From a bacterium (GTDB taxonomy: Bacteria; SAR324; NAC60-12), in contig CBDDTI010000747.1 in the NCBI GenBank assembly GCA_965233585.1, positions 320,001 through 384,000 of the forward strand: a stretch of 64,000 nucleotides of DNA, written 5' to 3'. Position 1 is the stretch's first letter; every line of letters begins with the position of its first letter. The translations under genes were made by a program, and so were the position numbers. Below, one piece after another: positions 19,182 through 30,506 of this stretch. The notes beneath the pieces were generated by a model. The model was not told where the DNA came from. It saw only the letters and a program-made list of their open reading frames with translations, and did no database searches.

Positions 19182-21854
19182 ATGAAAGATTCATCAGACG
19201 AAGACATCAAGGTTAGCAATCTTCAAAGGCTTTCTCAAGTCAAGACTCCCATGATGGAGCAATATGTCTCTATCAAAAAAGACCATCTTGATAAAATTCT
19301 TTTTTTTAGAATGGGAGATTTTTATGAGATGTTTGGTCACGATGCTGTGGTGGCAGCAAAAATTTTACGAATCGCCTTGACTTCCCGTGATAAAAACAAA
19401 GCTGATGCCGTAGAAATGTGCGGAGTACCGCAACATTCTTACGAGTATTACATCAACCGTTTACTGCTAGCAGGGCATAAGGTCGCAGTCTGTGAGCAAA
19501 CTGAAACACCAACACAAGACAAAAAAATTGTTGCAAGACGTGTGACACGAATCGTCACTCCCAGCACGGTCACCATTGAAAAAGGAATTGAGGCTGAAAA
19601 AGACCGTTATCTTGTTGCCATTTCTTTTCATAGCTCAAAAAAACGAATCGGCTTTGCTTGGGCTTCTTTGTTGACTGGTGAACTTCGCCTTACAGAGTTT
19701 CAATGGAAAGAACAAGACAAATTAATCAGTACCTTGCTTCAAGTCAAGCCTCAAGAAATTCTGATTTCAAACCAGCTTGCAACCTCAGAAGAACTGGTTT
19801 GGGAAAAGCTGTTTCAGCAAATCAAACAGCACTACCCCGACCCCCCAATGATTTCTGCCCAAAATCCCTTTTGCTTTGACCTGAAAAACAACATTCATCT
19901 CTTGCAGGAACATTTCAAAACCAGTCATTTTGAGGGTTTTGGAATTGACAAGGACAACAAAGCATTAGCTTCTGCAGGTGCATTACTGACTTATTTACAA
20001 GAGACGCAGCAAAGCGACCTCAAGCATTTTAGAAAACTTCAACTCATAGAAAGGGAAGATGTAATGCTTGTCAATCCTAGTGGATTTCGTGATTTGGAAG
20101 TGTTTCAAAGTTTTGGGACTAATGCGCTGCATACGCTTTTTGGTGTGTTGAATCATACCAGTAATCCGATGGGGGCTAGGCAACTGAAACAGTGGCTTCA
20201 AAATCCTTTGATTGATGTGAAAAAATTAGAAAAACGTTTTGATGCCATTGAAGAACTGCATCAGCAATTTGAAGTTTTTGAACAAATTCGCAAGCAACTC
20301 AAAGGCATTCCAGACTTATCTAAGGTGATTGGCAGAATTAGCTTGCCTCTTGTACAAGCAAGACATCTTGTCATCTTAAAAACGGCATTGAAACAAATCA
20401 AGTCCTTACCTCCACTCCTCCAAAATTTGCAAACTTTCCATTCACACAATTTTGAAGACTTAACACCATTAGAAAAATTACTAGACCAGTGGATTTTAGA
20501 TTCTCCTTCACTAGATTTAAATAAAGGGGGGTTCATTGCTGGTCAAATTTCAGATGAAATTGATGAATTAAGGAGTCTCAAAACAGATGCCAATCAACTT
20601 TTGAATCATCTAGCAGAATCAGAAAAAGAAAAAACACAAATTCCCACGTTAAAGGTGGGTTTTAATAAAATTTTTGGGCATTTTTTAGAAGTCAGTAAAA
20701 GTTATATTCGTCTTGTCCCTGACCATTACATTCGCAAACAGACATTGGCGAATGCAGAACGTTACGTCACCACAGAACTTCAAGAACTGGAAGAAAAAAT
20801 TTTGACAGCAGAGGAACGATTGATTGAGCTAGAATGTCAATTTTTTAATCAACTCCAAAATCAAGTTTTAGACTTTCTACCTGCACTACAACAAGCCATA
20901 GATCATTTGTCTGTTCTTGATGCCACTTGTGCTTTAGCAAAAGCGGCAGAAGTGAACAACTACAAACGTCCCAAGCTCTTTAGTTTAGACCAACCCAGAC
21001 GATTGCATCTTAAAGCCTCAAGACACCCTATCATTGAACGTATTGACCTTGATGAAGCATTCATTCCTAACGATATTGCACTAGGGCATGATGACTGCCG
21101 TATTGCTTTGATTACAGGACCGAATATGGCAGGGAAGTCAACATACATGAGGCAAATCGCACTCAATGTCCTGATGGCTCAATGTGGCAGTTTTGTTGCG
21201 GCAGATGAGGCTGAGATTTCTGTCATGGATCGTTTATTTACAAGGGTTGGAGCATCAGACAATTTGAGCCGTGGGGAAAGTACTTTCATGGTTGAAATGA
21301 ATGAAATTGCAGTCATTCTGAATTACGCAACACCCAATAGCTTGGTCATTTTAGATGAAGTCGGTCGTGGAACAAGCACCTTTGATGGCATTAGCATCGC
21401 ATGGGCTGTGATTGAATCACTCAACCAACAAAGGGCTTTAACGTTGTGTGCTACTCATTATCAAGAATTAACTCAACTGGAAGGATTATTGGAGGGCGTC
21501 AAAAATTTTCATGTTTCTATTGAAGACATGAAAAACAATATCATCTTTACTAGAAAAATAGGCACAGGTGCGTCGCACCGAAGCTATGGGATTTATGTTG
21601 CCAAATTGGCAGGAGTCCCTGCATCTGTCATCAGACGCTCTCAAAAAATTCTGTTGCAATTAGAATCAGAAAACACACAGCAAGCCTCTTTTTTGCCCAT
21701 GCTAGACACACCTGATTTGGAGGAGACATTTCACGTTGAATCATCATCAGAATCAGAAATTGAATCTGAACTTAAAGCAGTTGATGTTGATTCTATGACT
21801 CCACTTGAAGCACTCAACTATCTTTCAAAATTGATTCATCGCCTACATGAATAA
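19182..21854 (+). CDS. mutS: DNA mismatch repair protein MutS
   Basis: TPMMEQY, FRMGDFYEMF, TGPNMAGKSTYMRQ, STFMVEM, DEVGRGTS. Confidence 0.98.
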   Translation: MKDSSDEDIKVSNLQRLSQVKTPMMEQYVSIKKDHLDKILFFRMGDFYEMFGHDAVVAAKILRIALTSRDKNKADAVEMCGVPQHSYEYYINRLLLAGHKVAVCEQTETPTQDKKIVARRVTRIVTPSTVTIEKGIEAEKDRYLVAISFHSSKKRIGFAWASLLTGELRLTEFQWKEQDKLISTLLQVKPQEILISNQLATSEELVWEKLFQQIKQHYPDPPMISAQNPFCFDLKNNIHLLQEHFKTSHFEGFGIDKDNKALASAGALLTYLQETQQSDLKHFRKLQLIEREDVMLVNPSGFRDLEVFQSFGTNALHTLFGVLNHTSNPMGARQLKQWLQNPLIDVKKLEKRFDAIEELHQQFEVFEQIRKQLKGIPDLSKVIGRISLPLVQARHLVILKTALKQIKSLPPLLQNLQTFHSHNFEDLTPLEKLLDQWILDSPSLDLNKGGFIAGQISDEIDELRSLKTDANQLLNHLAESEKEKTQIPTLKVGFNKIFGHFLEVSKSYIRLVPDHYIRKQTLANAERYVTTELQELEEKILTAEERLIELECQFFNQLQNQVLDFLPALQQAIDHLSVLDATCALAKAAEVNNYKRPKLFSLDQPRRLHLKASRHPIIERIDLDEAFIPNDIALGHDDCRIALITGPNMAGKSTYMRQIALNVLMAQCGSFVAADEAEISVMDRLFTRVGASDNLSRGESTFMVEMNEIAVILNYATPNSLVILDEVGRGTSTFDGISIAWAVIESLNQQRALTLCATHYQELTQLEGLLEGVKNFHVSIEDMKNNIIFTRKIGTGASHRSYGIYVAKLAGVPASVIRRSQKILLQLESENTQQASFLPMLDTPDLEETFHVESSSESEIESELKAVDVDSMTPLEALNYLSKLIHRLHE

Positions 21855-23970
21855 ACTCAAAATTCTATTGCTCTTTTTTTTGTCTTTGTGCTTTCAAACA
21901 GGTTTAGCAGATGAATCTTTCCAAAATTTACAGATGCTTTACCAAAAACAAAAATGGGCTTTGCTTTTTCAAAGCACAAAAGATTGGTATTGGAAGGCAA
22001 CAGATGAAGTACGACGGGCAACAGGATTGTTTTTTATTGCAGAAAGCGCTAAACATTTGAATCATCATCAAAAGTCTAAAGAAGCATTGCTTTTGGCACA
22101 AAAGCAGTTTCCTCAATATCAAAACTTCTGGCTTTGGAACATGGCAAAGTTATATCAGCAATCCAAACAATATAAAGCATGGGCAAAAGCGATTGATGCC
22201 TTTTCAAAGCAGAATCTTTCAGCTAGTGAATGGAGACAATTTGCTGAGGATTTGAAGGTGTCTTGCGTGCAAGTTTCATGTGTTGCCATCTCTTCTGCAT
22301 TTGGACGATTGATGAAACAATCCAAATTCCCTGCCAATAAAGATGCCCAACTGATAGAACTTTATATAAAATCTCTCCCAAAAGACTCTAAAAATTTGAT
22401 TCAAACTTGGAGGCGGCAACAGTGGGTTTACCCTAAATCGCCAAAACAAGCCTTGCAACTTCATGGCAAGAAAAATCTGGGTAAAATTCAAAAAACCCAA
22501 TATCTTCAGCGATTAAGAAATCTTTCTAAATTGCAGGCGTTCACACTACTCTTGAAAGAAGCCCCGCTATTTGTTAAGCAAGTGTCTTCTCCTCAAATTC
22601 GCCAATCTATTGGCAAGCTCTATCTTTCCACTCTTTTTCGTAAGAAAGACTATCAAACCCTTCTCAAATTATCAGGTGGCTCTAAATTTCAAAAAACCTA
22701 TCAGATGCAAGGTGACCAGATGCTTTTTTGGAAAATGCGTTCTCAACAAAGGCTAGGACAAGTCACACGTTCTTCTGGCACTGTCAATACTTTAGCCAAG
22801 CAGTTTCCCAAATCTCCACTCCTTGCTAAATCCTACCTTCATGTTGCAGAGAATTTTGAAGCGATTAGAAAGTTTTCCTCTGCCAACAAGTATTATCAAC
22901 GATTGGTCCAAAAATATCCTAAAACGAAGCATGCGGCAACTGCTCTTTGGAGGCAAGGGCGGGTGGCATACAGACAGAAACAATATCAAAAAGCCCAACA
23001 ACTCTTTATCAAAGCGGCAAAACTTTTCCAACATCAGGAGAATCGTGCGAAAGCGTGGTATTGGCATGCCAAAGCCTTGTTGTTTGCCAAACAACGCAGT
23101 GCTTCAGGACGTGCCATTCAAACCCTTTGGCAACAATATCCCAATACATTTTATGGCATTTATTCGCTCAAATGGGTGAAGTCTTGGAGATTGCCAAGAC
23201 AATATAAACGGAAACCTCAACTGACTGCTCTCACTTATCAACCCGAAGGCAAGCCTTTGCAGCAAGACTCTCTTCAATTATCCCAGTTTTTCTTATCTAT
23301 CCAACAAAAGCAGTGGATTCCTTCGCATCAAAAAATCTCTGTGAAGTCCTTAAATCCTTTAGCACGTTTGGACTATGCCAAGTTTTTACTGCAACTTGGT
23401 AAATATCACGAACTGGTCAGGCTTTCAGTCTCATATTATGAACATTTGATGCTCAAAACTCCTACCAAAGACCAAGAATTGTGGAATTTTATTTATCCCA
23501 AAGCGTATTGGGAAATGGTGAGAGGAGCTAGTCAGAAGGCAAAAATTGACCCCTATTGGACACTAGCAGTCATGCGGGAAGAAAGTCATTTTGACGAACA
23601 AGCAGTCTCATCAGCCTATGCTTACGGCTTGATGCAACTCCTTGATTCTACTGCCAGAGAAACAGCTCAAAGGCTAAAAATGCCCTATCGTGATGCAAAG
23701 GATTTAGTCAATCCAGAAACAAATATTATCTTGGGTTCGGCATATTTAGGCAGATTGCAACGTTACTTTGCTAAAACAAAACCTGTTGCCAATCAAATCA
23801 TTTATGCCACTGGTTCTTACAATGCAGGAGCAAGCAATATGAAACGGTGGATTAAAAAACATTCCAAATTGCCTCAAGATGAATTTATTGAGAGGGTGCC
23901 TTTCAATGAAACCCGTTTTTACATCAAAAAAGTTCTACGTTCTTATCAAATGTATCATCAGATTTATTGA
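21847..23970 (+). CDS. Soluble lytic murein transglycosylase with TPR-like N-terminus
   Basis: Signal peptide; C-terminal SLT motifs MREESHF, AYGLMQL, SYNAG, ETRFYIKKV. Confidence 0.9.
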   Translation: MNKLKILLLFFLSLCFQTGLADESFQNLQMLYQKQKWALLFQSTKDWYWKATDEVRRATGLFFIAESAKHLNHHQKSKEALLLAQKQFPQYQNFWLWNMAKLYQQSKQYKAWAKAIDAFSKQNLSASEWRQFAEDLKVSCVQVSCVAISSAFGRLMKQSKFPANKDAQLIELYIKSLPKDSKNLIQTWRRQQWVYPKSPKQALQLHGKKNLGKIQKTQYLQRLRNLSKLQAFTLLLKEAPLFVKQVSSPQIRQSIGKLYLSTLFRKKDYQTLLKLSGGSKFQKTYQMQGDQMLFWKMRSQQRLGQVTRSSGTVNTLAKQFPKSPLLAKSYLHVAENFEAIRKFSSANKYYQRLVQKYPKTKHAATALWRQGRVAYRQKQYQKAQQLFIKAAKLFQHQENRAKAWYWHAKALLFAKQRSASGRAIQTLWQQYPNTFYGIYSLKWVKSWRLPRQYKRKPQLTALTYQPEGKPLQQDSLQLSQFFLSIQQKQWIPSHQKISVKSLNPLARLDYAKFLLQLGKYHELVRLSVSYYEHLMLKTPTKDQELWNFIYPKAYWEMVRGASQKAKIDPYWTLAVMREESHFDEQAVSSAYAYGLMQLLDSTARETAQRLKMPYRDAKDLVNPETNIILGSAYLGRLQRYFAKTKPVANQIIYATGSYNAGASNMKRWIKKHSKLPQDEFIERVPFNETRFYIKKVLRSYQMYHQIY

Positions 23971-24019
23971 TGGCTCGGATTTATTGATTTTTGGGTTTTT
24001 TAAAAAGTCCTACGTTCCA

Positions 24020-24727
24020 TTAGGTTTTCATTTGAACAGCAGTTGTGCCGTCAAAACAACCAACCACGACTCCGTTGGCTTCACGATTAAAAAGTCCATT
24101 TTCTACAACGCCCGGAATCGTATTCAAAGAAGTTTCCAATCCTTCAGGGTTACCAATAGCAAGACAATGACAGTCTAAAATAAAGTTTCCACTGTCGGTG
24201 ACAATGGGCTTTCCTCCCTTTTCTCTTCTTTCTATCTTGACTTGCTGCACATCAAATGCTGGCAACATCTTTTCAATCCTTTTTTGGGTTTGCACCCAAC
24301 CAAATTGCACCACTTCCACAGGCAATGGAAATCGTCCCAACTGCTTAACTCTCTTTGTTTCATCACAAATGATGATGACTTGTTTGGAGGCATGAGCGAC
24401 CACTTTCTCCCAGAGTAAACAAGCCCCTCCCCCTTTAATCATTCTAAATTGTCCGTCAATTTCATCAGGTCCATCAATGGTGAGGTCTAATGTTCCAATT
24501 TCATTGATGTTTGTGATTTCAATGCCAACTTCTTCAGCAACGTCAATCGTACTTTGTGAAGTAGCAGTTGTTGTCAGTTTTAAGCCTTGTTTCACTTTTT
24601 CCCCCAGAGAACGAACAAAAAAATGTGAGGTTGTTCCAGACCCCAGTCCGAGTTTCATACCATCATAGACAAATTGGTCTATTGCTGTGATGCCAGCAAG
24701 AATTTTGGCTTGGTCTTGTGTTGACAT
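24020..24727 (-). CDS. rpiA: Ribose-5-phosphate isomerase A family
   Basis: GLGSGTT, IDGPDE, IKGGGACLLWEK, PGVVENGLF. Confidence 0.9.
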   Translation of the reverse strand: MSTQDQAKILAGITAIDQFVYDGMKLGLGSGTTSHFFVRSLGEKVKQGLKLTTTATSQSTIDVAEEVGIEITNINEIGTLDLTIDGPDEIDGQFRMIKGGGACLLWEKVVAHASKQVIIICDETKRVKQLGRFPLPVEVVQFGWVQTQKRIEKMLPAFDVQQVKIERREKGGKPIVTDSGNFILDCHCLAIGNPEGLETSLNTIPGVVENGLFNREANGVVVGCFDGTTAVQMKT

Positions 24728-24749
24728 ATTGTGGTTTGTTTGATGAATG

Positions 24750-25595
24750 TTAAACTTTATCTTGAATCCAAGAGTACATGGCAGAAAGTTGGTCAGGAAA
24801 TTGGACGCCTAAAGTCATTGCCATTGTTGTTGTTAAAATATTGACAACGATTTGATGATTGAGCCTAGAAGAAAGGGGTGTCATCACCTCAACCTGCTCA
24901 TAGGGTTGGATTCCAATCGTGTATTGTGAAGCCAGTGCTAAGGGGCTGTTTGGTGCAGTAATCGTCATTGCTTGACCTCCTGAAGCGTTGGCATGGTGTG
25001 CTAACTCAATCAAGTGTCGTGTTGTGCCAGATTGAGAAAAGATCATCAAAAGGTCTCCTTTTTTCAAACTTTTACTAAGAATTGTTTGGAGTGATAAACG
25101 AGTGACCGCTCTGCAACGTATCCCAATCCTAGAAAATTTATGTTCTGCTTCTAAGGCAACAATCTCTGTTAAACCAGCAGCAGCAATGATGACCCAGTTG
25201 GCTTGAAGCAAAACATTGTTGGCAATTTCCATCTCCTGAATATTAAAATCTCCCAACGCTCGTTGGATTGCATTGATAGAGTTACGGCAAGTTTTACTGA
25301 CAACCTCTGCAACATTGTCATGTTGGTTGATAGATTCGTAGGCAAATGGAGCCGCAGGCACAAGGTCTTGGGCGAGACGTATTTTAAATTCATTAAAGCC
25401 ATCAAAACCTAACTTTCTGAAAAAACGGACGATTGTTGGGTCGCTGACACCACTGGCTTCTGCAAGTTCTGCCATCGTCAAATTCAGCATTCTTTGGGGG
25501 TCAGAAATGACATAATCTGCCACAGATTTTTCAGCATTTTTCATGTTCTGACTCAAAGAACGAATGGTATGTAATAGGCTTCTTTGGCTCATCAC
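24750..25595 (-). CDS. RpiR/MurR/HexR family transcriptional regulator
   Basis: HTH LAEASGVSDPTIVRFFRKLGFDGFNEFK plus SIS domain (FSQSGTT). Confidence 0.92.
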   Translation of the reverse strand: MMSQRSLLHTIRSLSQNMKNAEKSVADYVISDPQRMLNLTMAELAEASGVSDPTIVRFFRKLGFDGFNEFKIRLAQDLVPAAPFAYESINQHDNVAEVVSKTCRNSINAIQRALGDFNIQEMEIANNVLLQANWVIIAAAGLTEIVALEAEHKFSRIGIRCRAVTRLSLQTILSKSLKKGDLLMIFSQSGTTRHLIELAHHANASGGQAMTITAPNSPLALASQYTIGIQPYEQVEVMTPLSSRLNHQIVVNILTTTMAMTLGVQFPDQLSAMYSWIQDKV

Positions 25596-25602
25596 AGAAT
25601 CA

Positions 25603-26280
25603 TCAAAAGTCAGATTGAGAAGTGAAAGGTATTAAGTCTGACAGCCTTTGAATGCGTGTGTCATTTTGTGTGTCCATCGTACTTCCTCCCCCCCAACTGA
25701 CTAGAAAAAATGGGACACGTGCGGCATAAGCACAGGCTCTGTCCACTTCGCTATCGCCGACATAAAATGTTTGGTCAGCTTCCACTTCTAACTTTTCAAT
25801 GACTGCTAAAAGATGATCTTGGTGCGGTTTGGGACGTTCCACAATTCCTGCCCCGATGACACAGTGGAAGAAATGAGAAACACCCAGTTTTTCTAAAACA
25901 AGCAATGTTAAGTTGTGGGGTTTGTTGGTGCAGACCCCAAGCACAAGTCCCGCCTTTCGTAAGGCTTCTAAGTCTTCTTTGACGTATGGGAAAAGTTGTG
26001 TTCTCTGGGCAGGTTCTTCTTGATAAAATTGCAAATACTCTTTGAGCCTTTCGTCAAGAAAAGGTTTGGAATACTGAACACCGTTTTGTTGGAATGCTTG
26101 AGAGATAATATAGTTTGCTCCCTTGCCTGCTTCTACAAGTTTTTTGGCAGTGGAGTGACTCAGTAACTCTTGCCCTTGTGTCTGCAAAACTTTGTTCAAA
26201 GCAGCAGCAATATCTTGAGAACTGTCAACTAGCGTTCCGTCAAGGTCAAAGATCACTGCTTTGATAGTAGTAGGTTTCAT
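25603..26280 (-). CDS. HAD phosphatase, phosphoglycolate phosphatase-like
   Basis: FDLDGTLVDS, CTNKP, KPH, VGDSEVD. Confidence 0.9.
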   Translation of the reverse strand: MKPTTIKAVIFDLDGTLVDSSQDIAAALNKVLQTQGQELLSHSTAKKLVEAGKGANYIISQAFQQNGVQYSKPFLDERLKEYLQFYQEEPAQRTQLFPYVKEDLEALRKAGLVLGVCTNKPHNLTLLVLEKLGVSHFFHCVIGAGIVERPKPHQDHLLAVIEKLEVEADQTFYVGDSEVDRACAYAARVPFFLVSWGGGSTMDTQNDTRIQRLSDLIPFTSQSDF

Positions 26281-26402
26281 CTTTTTTTGAAAAATTCGCT
26301 ATTTTTTAACACTGTTTGAAGTTAAAAAAAGAGCAACGAGATATGGCTTGTCCTGTTTGTGAACCAAAAGCGTTTTTTAAATGCAAAGCATTGAGTACCA
26401 AA

Positions 26403-27905
26403 TCAGTTGACAAATGTCGTAAGCTGGTCATTGACATCTTTGAGGCTTTGATAAAGTTGAGTATAAATTTGAAAGATTTGGTCATAATGCTTGGTGTGTG
26501 CTGGTTGAGGACTCCAACGTTGCTCCACTTGGAACAAATGAGCAAAGTCTTCAACACCACTCCAATTCCCCAAACCCAGCCCCGCAATCAACGCAGCTCC
26601 ATAAGCTGCCCCGTGAGACGCATTGCCAATGACGACCACATCTTCACCCAAAATATCTGCTTGAAGTTGATTCCAAAATGACGAATTTGTCCCCCCACCT
26701 GAAGCGTGAATGACTTGTGATTGTTGAGCTTGGTCAATCAAACCTGCAATATCCCTTAAAGAGTAGGTGATGCCTTCAAAAACTGCCCTGTGAAAATGGC
26801 TTGGGGTGTGATGCGAACGCAGACCTACAAAAGCCCCACGTGCTGATGAATCTGCATAAGGGCAACGTTCCCCCATCAAGTAAGGCAAAAACAAAAGACC
26901 TTCTGCCCCCGTCGCAATACTTTTTGCCATCGTTGCCATGTCATCAAAAGACAAATCCATGACTCCTTGCGTCTTTTTCCACCATGCTAAAGCGTTTCCT
27001 GCATTCAAAGTCACTCCCATACAATGCCATTTTTTAGGAATGACATGACAAAACACTTGGACAGCACCCCCGTCATTTGGAATCGGTTGTTCCAATGAAG
27101 TTGCAACAATCCCCCCTGTGCCAATGGTTGTTTGTAACGCTGTGTTATCAATAACACCTGCACCTAAGGTCTGAATGACGGCGTCCCCACCTCCCCCAAC
27201 CACAGGAATCCCCGCCTTGATTCCAAAAAGTTCTGCTCCTTGAGAAGACACGCAACCTGATACTTCGTGAGACTCTGTGTAAGATGGTAGCAACGTTGGG
27301 TCAATATCAATTCGGCTTAATAGCTCATCTGACCAACGTCTATTGACGACATCAAAAAGTCCCATTCCAGAAGCATCGCTGACCTCTGTTACAATTTCTC
27401 CAGTCAACTTGAAACGGACATAATCTTTGGGGTTGATGATGAAACGTGTTTTTTCAAACAATTCAGGTTCATGTTTTTGAAACCAACGAATTTTACCGCC
27501 TGTAAAACCGGGAAGCATGGGATTGTTCACCATACTTAACAAAGCCTCTAAACCCCCAGCAAGTTCTGTGATTTCTTGGCACTCTTTCTGACAACGTTGG
27601 TCATTCCAAAGAATTGCAGGACGAAGGACTTGATAGTTTTCATCTAGTGAAACCATGCCGTGCATGTGTCCAGAAAGCCCGATGCCCAAAATTTCAACTC
27701 CTGTTGCACTCACCAACTCCCTGACTGCTTTGACTGCCACAGCAACCCAGTCATCTGGATGCTGTTCTGACCAGCCTTCTTGGGGGAATGAGGAGGAAGG
27801 ATAAGGCAGAGTGCCTTTGGTCTCCATCACCTTCCCATCAGGAGACATGAGAAGCACCTTGCAGTTGGTTGACCCAATGTCTATTCCTAAATATGCTGAT
27901 TGCAT
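26403..27905 (-). CDS. xylB: FGGY sugar kinase, xylulokinase-like
   Basis: GIDIGST, SGHMHG, ILWNDQR, SDASG, PYLMGER, GGG; substrate unconfirmed. Confidence 0.82.
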   Translation of the reverse strand: MQSAYLGIDIGSTNCKVLLMSPDGKVMETKGTLPYPSSSFPQEGWSEQHPDDWVAVAVKAVRELVSATGVEILGIGLSGHMHGMVSLDENYQVLRPAILWNDQRCQKECQEITELAGGLEALLSMVNNPMLPGFTGGKIRWFQKHEPELFEKTRFIINPKDYVRFKLTGEIVTEVSDASGMGLFDVVNRRWSDELLSRIDIDPTLLPSYTESHEVSGCVSSQGAELFGIKAGIPVVGGGGDAVIQTLGAGVIDNTALQTTIGTGGIVATSLEQPIPNDGGAVQVFCHVIPKKWHCMGVTLNAGNALAWWKKTQGVMDLSFDDMATMAKSIATGAEGLLFLPYLMGERCPYADSSARGAFVGLRSHHTPSHFHRAVFEGITYSLRDIAGLIDQAQQSQVIHASGGGTNSSFWNQLQADILGEDVVVIGNASHGAAYGAALIAGLGLGNWSGVEDFAHLFQVEQRWSPQPAHTKHYDQIFQIYTQLYQSLKDVNDQLTTFVN

Positions 27906-27914
27906 GATTTTTTT

Positions 27915-29360
27915 CTAGTTAAAACGAATCCGTATGTGTTTCAAATTCAAGTATTCAAGAAGTCCTTCACGACCATGTTCTACTCCTACGCCACTTTGTT
28001 TCCAACCTCCATAAGGAGCATTGATGATGCCTGCATCAACTGTGTTCACTGCCACATTGCCACAATGCAAATGTTGTGTGAGAAAACGCATCTCATCTAA
28101 ATTCTTGGTATAAGCATAAGCAGCGAGTCCAAAAGGTGAATCATTTGCCATCTTGACAGCTTCCTCCAAGTTCTCATACTTTGAAACCCCTACTAAAGGA
28201 CCAAAGGTTTCTTCTGTCATCACTTTCATAGAGTGGTTACAATCTGCAAGCACGGTAGGACGGAAAAAACGACCCTTTTTGAATTTTTCTCCATGAGGGG
28301 GAGAGCCTCCACAAACCAAATTTGCTCCTTTGTCTAAACCATCTTGCAAATGTTGCAAAGTCTTGTCTAGCACTTCTTGAGAACAGATTGCCCCTAAATC
28401 AGCACTTGGATTGTCCAACCCATCATCTACAACCAGAGCATCGGTTGCAGTAGCCAATTTTTGCAGAAAGGTTTGATAGATGTCACAAGCAACATAAATG
28501 CGATTGATTGCAATACAAATTTGTCCACAATTCCTAAAAGAACGACGAACTGCTCCTTTGACAGCATCATCTAAATTGGCTGACGTTGTCACAACCATTG
28601 GACAACTCCCTCCTAGCTCTAAAGACATACGTTTGATGTCTGTTGCAGATTGTTGAATGCGTAACCCGACTTGGCTTGAGCCAGTGAAGGCAATTTTATC
28701 AACCAACGGACTTTCTACCATGGCTTGTCCCACAGAAGAACCCGGTCCTGTAATCATATTGACAACACCAGCAGGAAGATTTGCCTCGTGCAAGCAGCCA
28801 ATGATTGCAAGTGGAGAAAGGGGGGTCAGTTCTGGAGGTTTAACGACGATTGTACAACCAGCCGCAAGCGCTGCCGCAACCTTCCAACCAATCAATTCTG
28901 CTGGATAATTCCAAGGAGAAATGGCAGCAACAACGCCAATGGGTTCTTTGACAACAAGACTTTGAAAATCGTTAGAATCATTGGCAATGATTTCTCCAGA
29001 AACACGCGTCGCCTCCTCTGCATAAAAAGTGAACGTGTCAGCCAGCTTTTGAATTTCAGCAACAGCTTCATTGACAGGCTTTCCTTGTTCACTAGTCATT
29101 AAACGTCCAATTTGATGAGAACGTTCTGCCAGCAAAGTTGCAATCTTTTTGAGAAAGTTGGCTCTTTGGATAGGAGGCAAACCAGACCATTCTGGGAAAG
29201 CACGTTTTGCAGACTTCAAAGCCTTTTCTACTTCTTCAGGCAAGGCATAAGGAACATCTCCAATCAGTTCCGAACGTGCTGGATTGAACACTTGAATCTT
29301 TTGACCTTGTCCTTCAACCCATTGTCCATCAATGTACATTTTTTCGTGAATTATAGTCAT
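27915..29360 (-). CDS. NAD(P)-dependent aldehyde dehydrogenase (GabD/KGSADH-like)
   Basis: PWNYP, FTGS, LELGG, GQICIA, EETFGP. Confidence 0.9.
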   Translation of the reverse strand: MTIIHEKMYIDGQWVEGQGQKIQVFNPARSELIGDVPYALPEEVEKALKSAKRAFPEWSGLPPIQRANFLKKIATLLAERSHQIGRLMTSEQGKPVNEAVAEIQKLADTFTFYAEEATRVSGEIIANDSNDFQSLVVKEPIGVVAAISPWNYPAELIGWKVAAALAAGCTIVVKPPELTPLSPLAIIGCLHEANLPAGVVNMITGPGSSVGQAMVESPLVDKIAFTGSSQVGLRIQQSATDIKRMSLELGGSCPMVVTTSANLDDAVKGAVRRSFRNCGQICIAINRIYVACDIYQTFLQKLATATDALVVDDGLDNPSADLGAICSQEVLDKTLQHLQDGLDKGANLVCGGSPPHGEKFKKGRFFRPTVLADCNHSMKVMTEETFGPLVGVSKYENLEEAVKMANDSPFGLAAYAYTKNLDEMRFLTQHLHCGNVAVNTVDAGIINAPYGGWKQSGVGVEHGREGLLEYLNLKHIRIRFN

Positions 29361-29370
29361 TTTTTCTAAG

Positions 29371-30435
29371 TCAGAGTGCTAAATCATTTTCTCTATTGAA
29401 GAGGTGTATTTTTTCTAAATTGGGAGACAAAAGAATCTGGTCCCCAGAACGCAACGAACTCTCTCCTTTGACAATGACTTTGAATTGTCCGCTTTCTGTC
29501 TTGACAGTGAGAACACACTTTTCTCCATGAAATTCGTTGACCAAAATTTCACCAAACAAACCTTCCTTCTGACCTGATGCCTCAACAACATCAGTATCTT
29601 CTGGACGAAAACCCAAAGTGAGTTGTTGAGATTTGGTATTTTCAGGCACTTTGATAGAAAATCTGCCAGCCTCGCAAACTGCATGTTGACCCTCCAGCGA
29701 AATGTTTACAAAATTCATAGCAGGGTCTCCTAAAAAGCTGGCAACAAATTTATTTTTAGGTGTTTCCCACAACTCGCGAACTGTTCCAATTTGCTGAATT
29801 TCAGCATGATTCATCACAATAATCCTGTCTGCCAGCATGACAGCTTCTTCTTGGTCATGCGTCACGTAAATTGTAGTAGCATTCAAGTCATCATGGATTC
29901 TGCGAATACGGACGCGAAGTTCTGTGCGTAAGCGATAATCCAGATGAGAAAGAGGCTCGTCAAGAAGCATCACTTTGGGGGAACGAATCAAAGCACGTGC
30001 TAGGGACACACGTTGAGCCTGTCCACCTGACAAAGCTGAGGGACGACGTTTGAGCAGGTCATCAATTTGAAAAATTTTTGCAATGTCTTTGACTTTCTGG
30101 GCAATCGTTGTTCGTTCTACACCACGAGAAACCAAAGGGAAAGCCAAATTATCATACACAGAAAGTGGAGAATACAAAGCATAAGATTCAAAAGCCAAAG
30201 CAACGTTGCGTTGTGCTGGTGAGAGATTGTTAACGACTTGACTGTCAAACATGACCTCACCACGAGACACACTTTCTAATCCTGCAATCATTCTCATTGT
30301 GGAACTCTTGCCACAACCAGAAGGACCAAGCAGTGCTAGAAATTCTCCATCTTGAGCTTGAAAATTGGCTTCTTGCACTGCAACCACATTGCCATCATAA
30401 ATTTTCCAAACCTCGTTTAAAGTGAGCGATGCCAT
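29371..30435 (-). CDS. Sugar ABC transporter ATPase (MalK-like, with TOBE)
   Basis: GPSGCGKS, LSGGQ, LLDEP. Confidence 0.93.
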   Translation of the reverse strand: MASLTLNEVWKIYDGNVVAVQEANFQAQDGEFLALLGPSGCGKSSTMRMIAGLESVSRGEVMFDSQVVNNLSPAQRNVALAFESYALYSPLSVYDNLAFPLVSRGVERTTIAQKVKDIAKIFQIDDLLKRRPSALSGGQAQRVSLARALIRSPKVMLLDEPLSHLDYRLRTELRVRIRRIHDDLNATTIYVTHDQEEAVMLADRIIVMNHAEIQQIGTVRELWETPKNKFVASFLGDPAMNFVNISLEGQHAVCEAGRFSIKVPENTKSQQLTLGFRPEDTDVVEASGQKEGLFGEILVNEFHGEKCVLTVKTESGQFKVIVKGESSLRSGDQILLSPNLEKIHLFNRENDLAL

Positions 30436-30506
30436 TTAATACTCTCTAAATTGGTGCTGACGCTTTTTGCAAATGATTTTCACGGTTGTCAAACCTAGAA
30501 GATAGA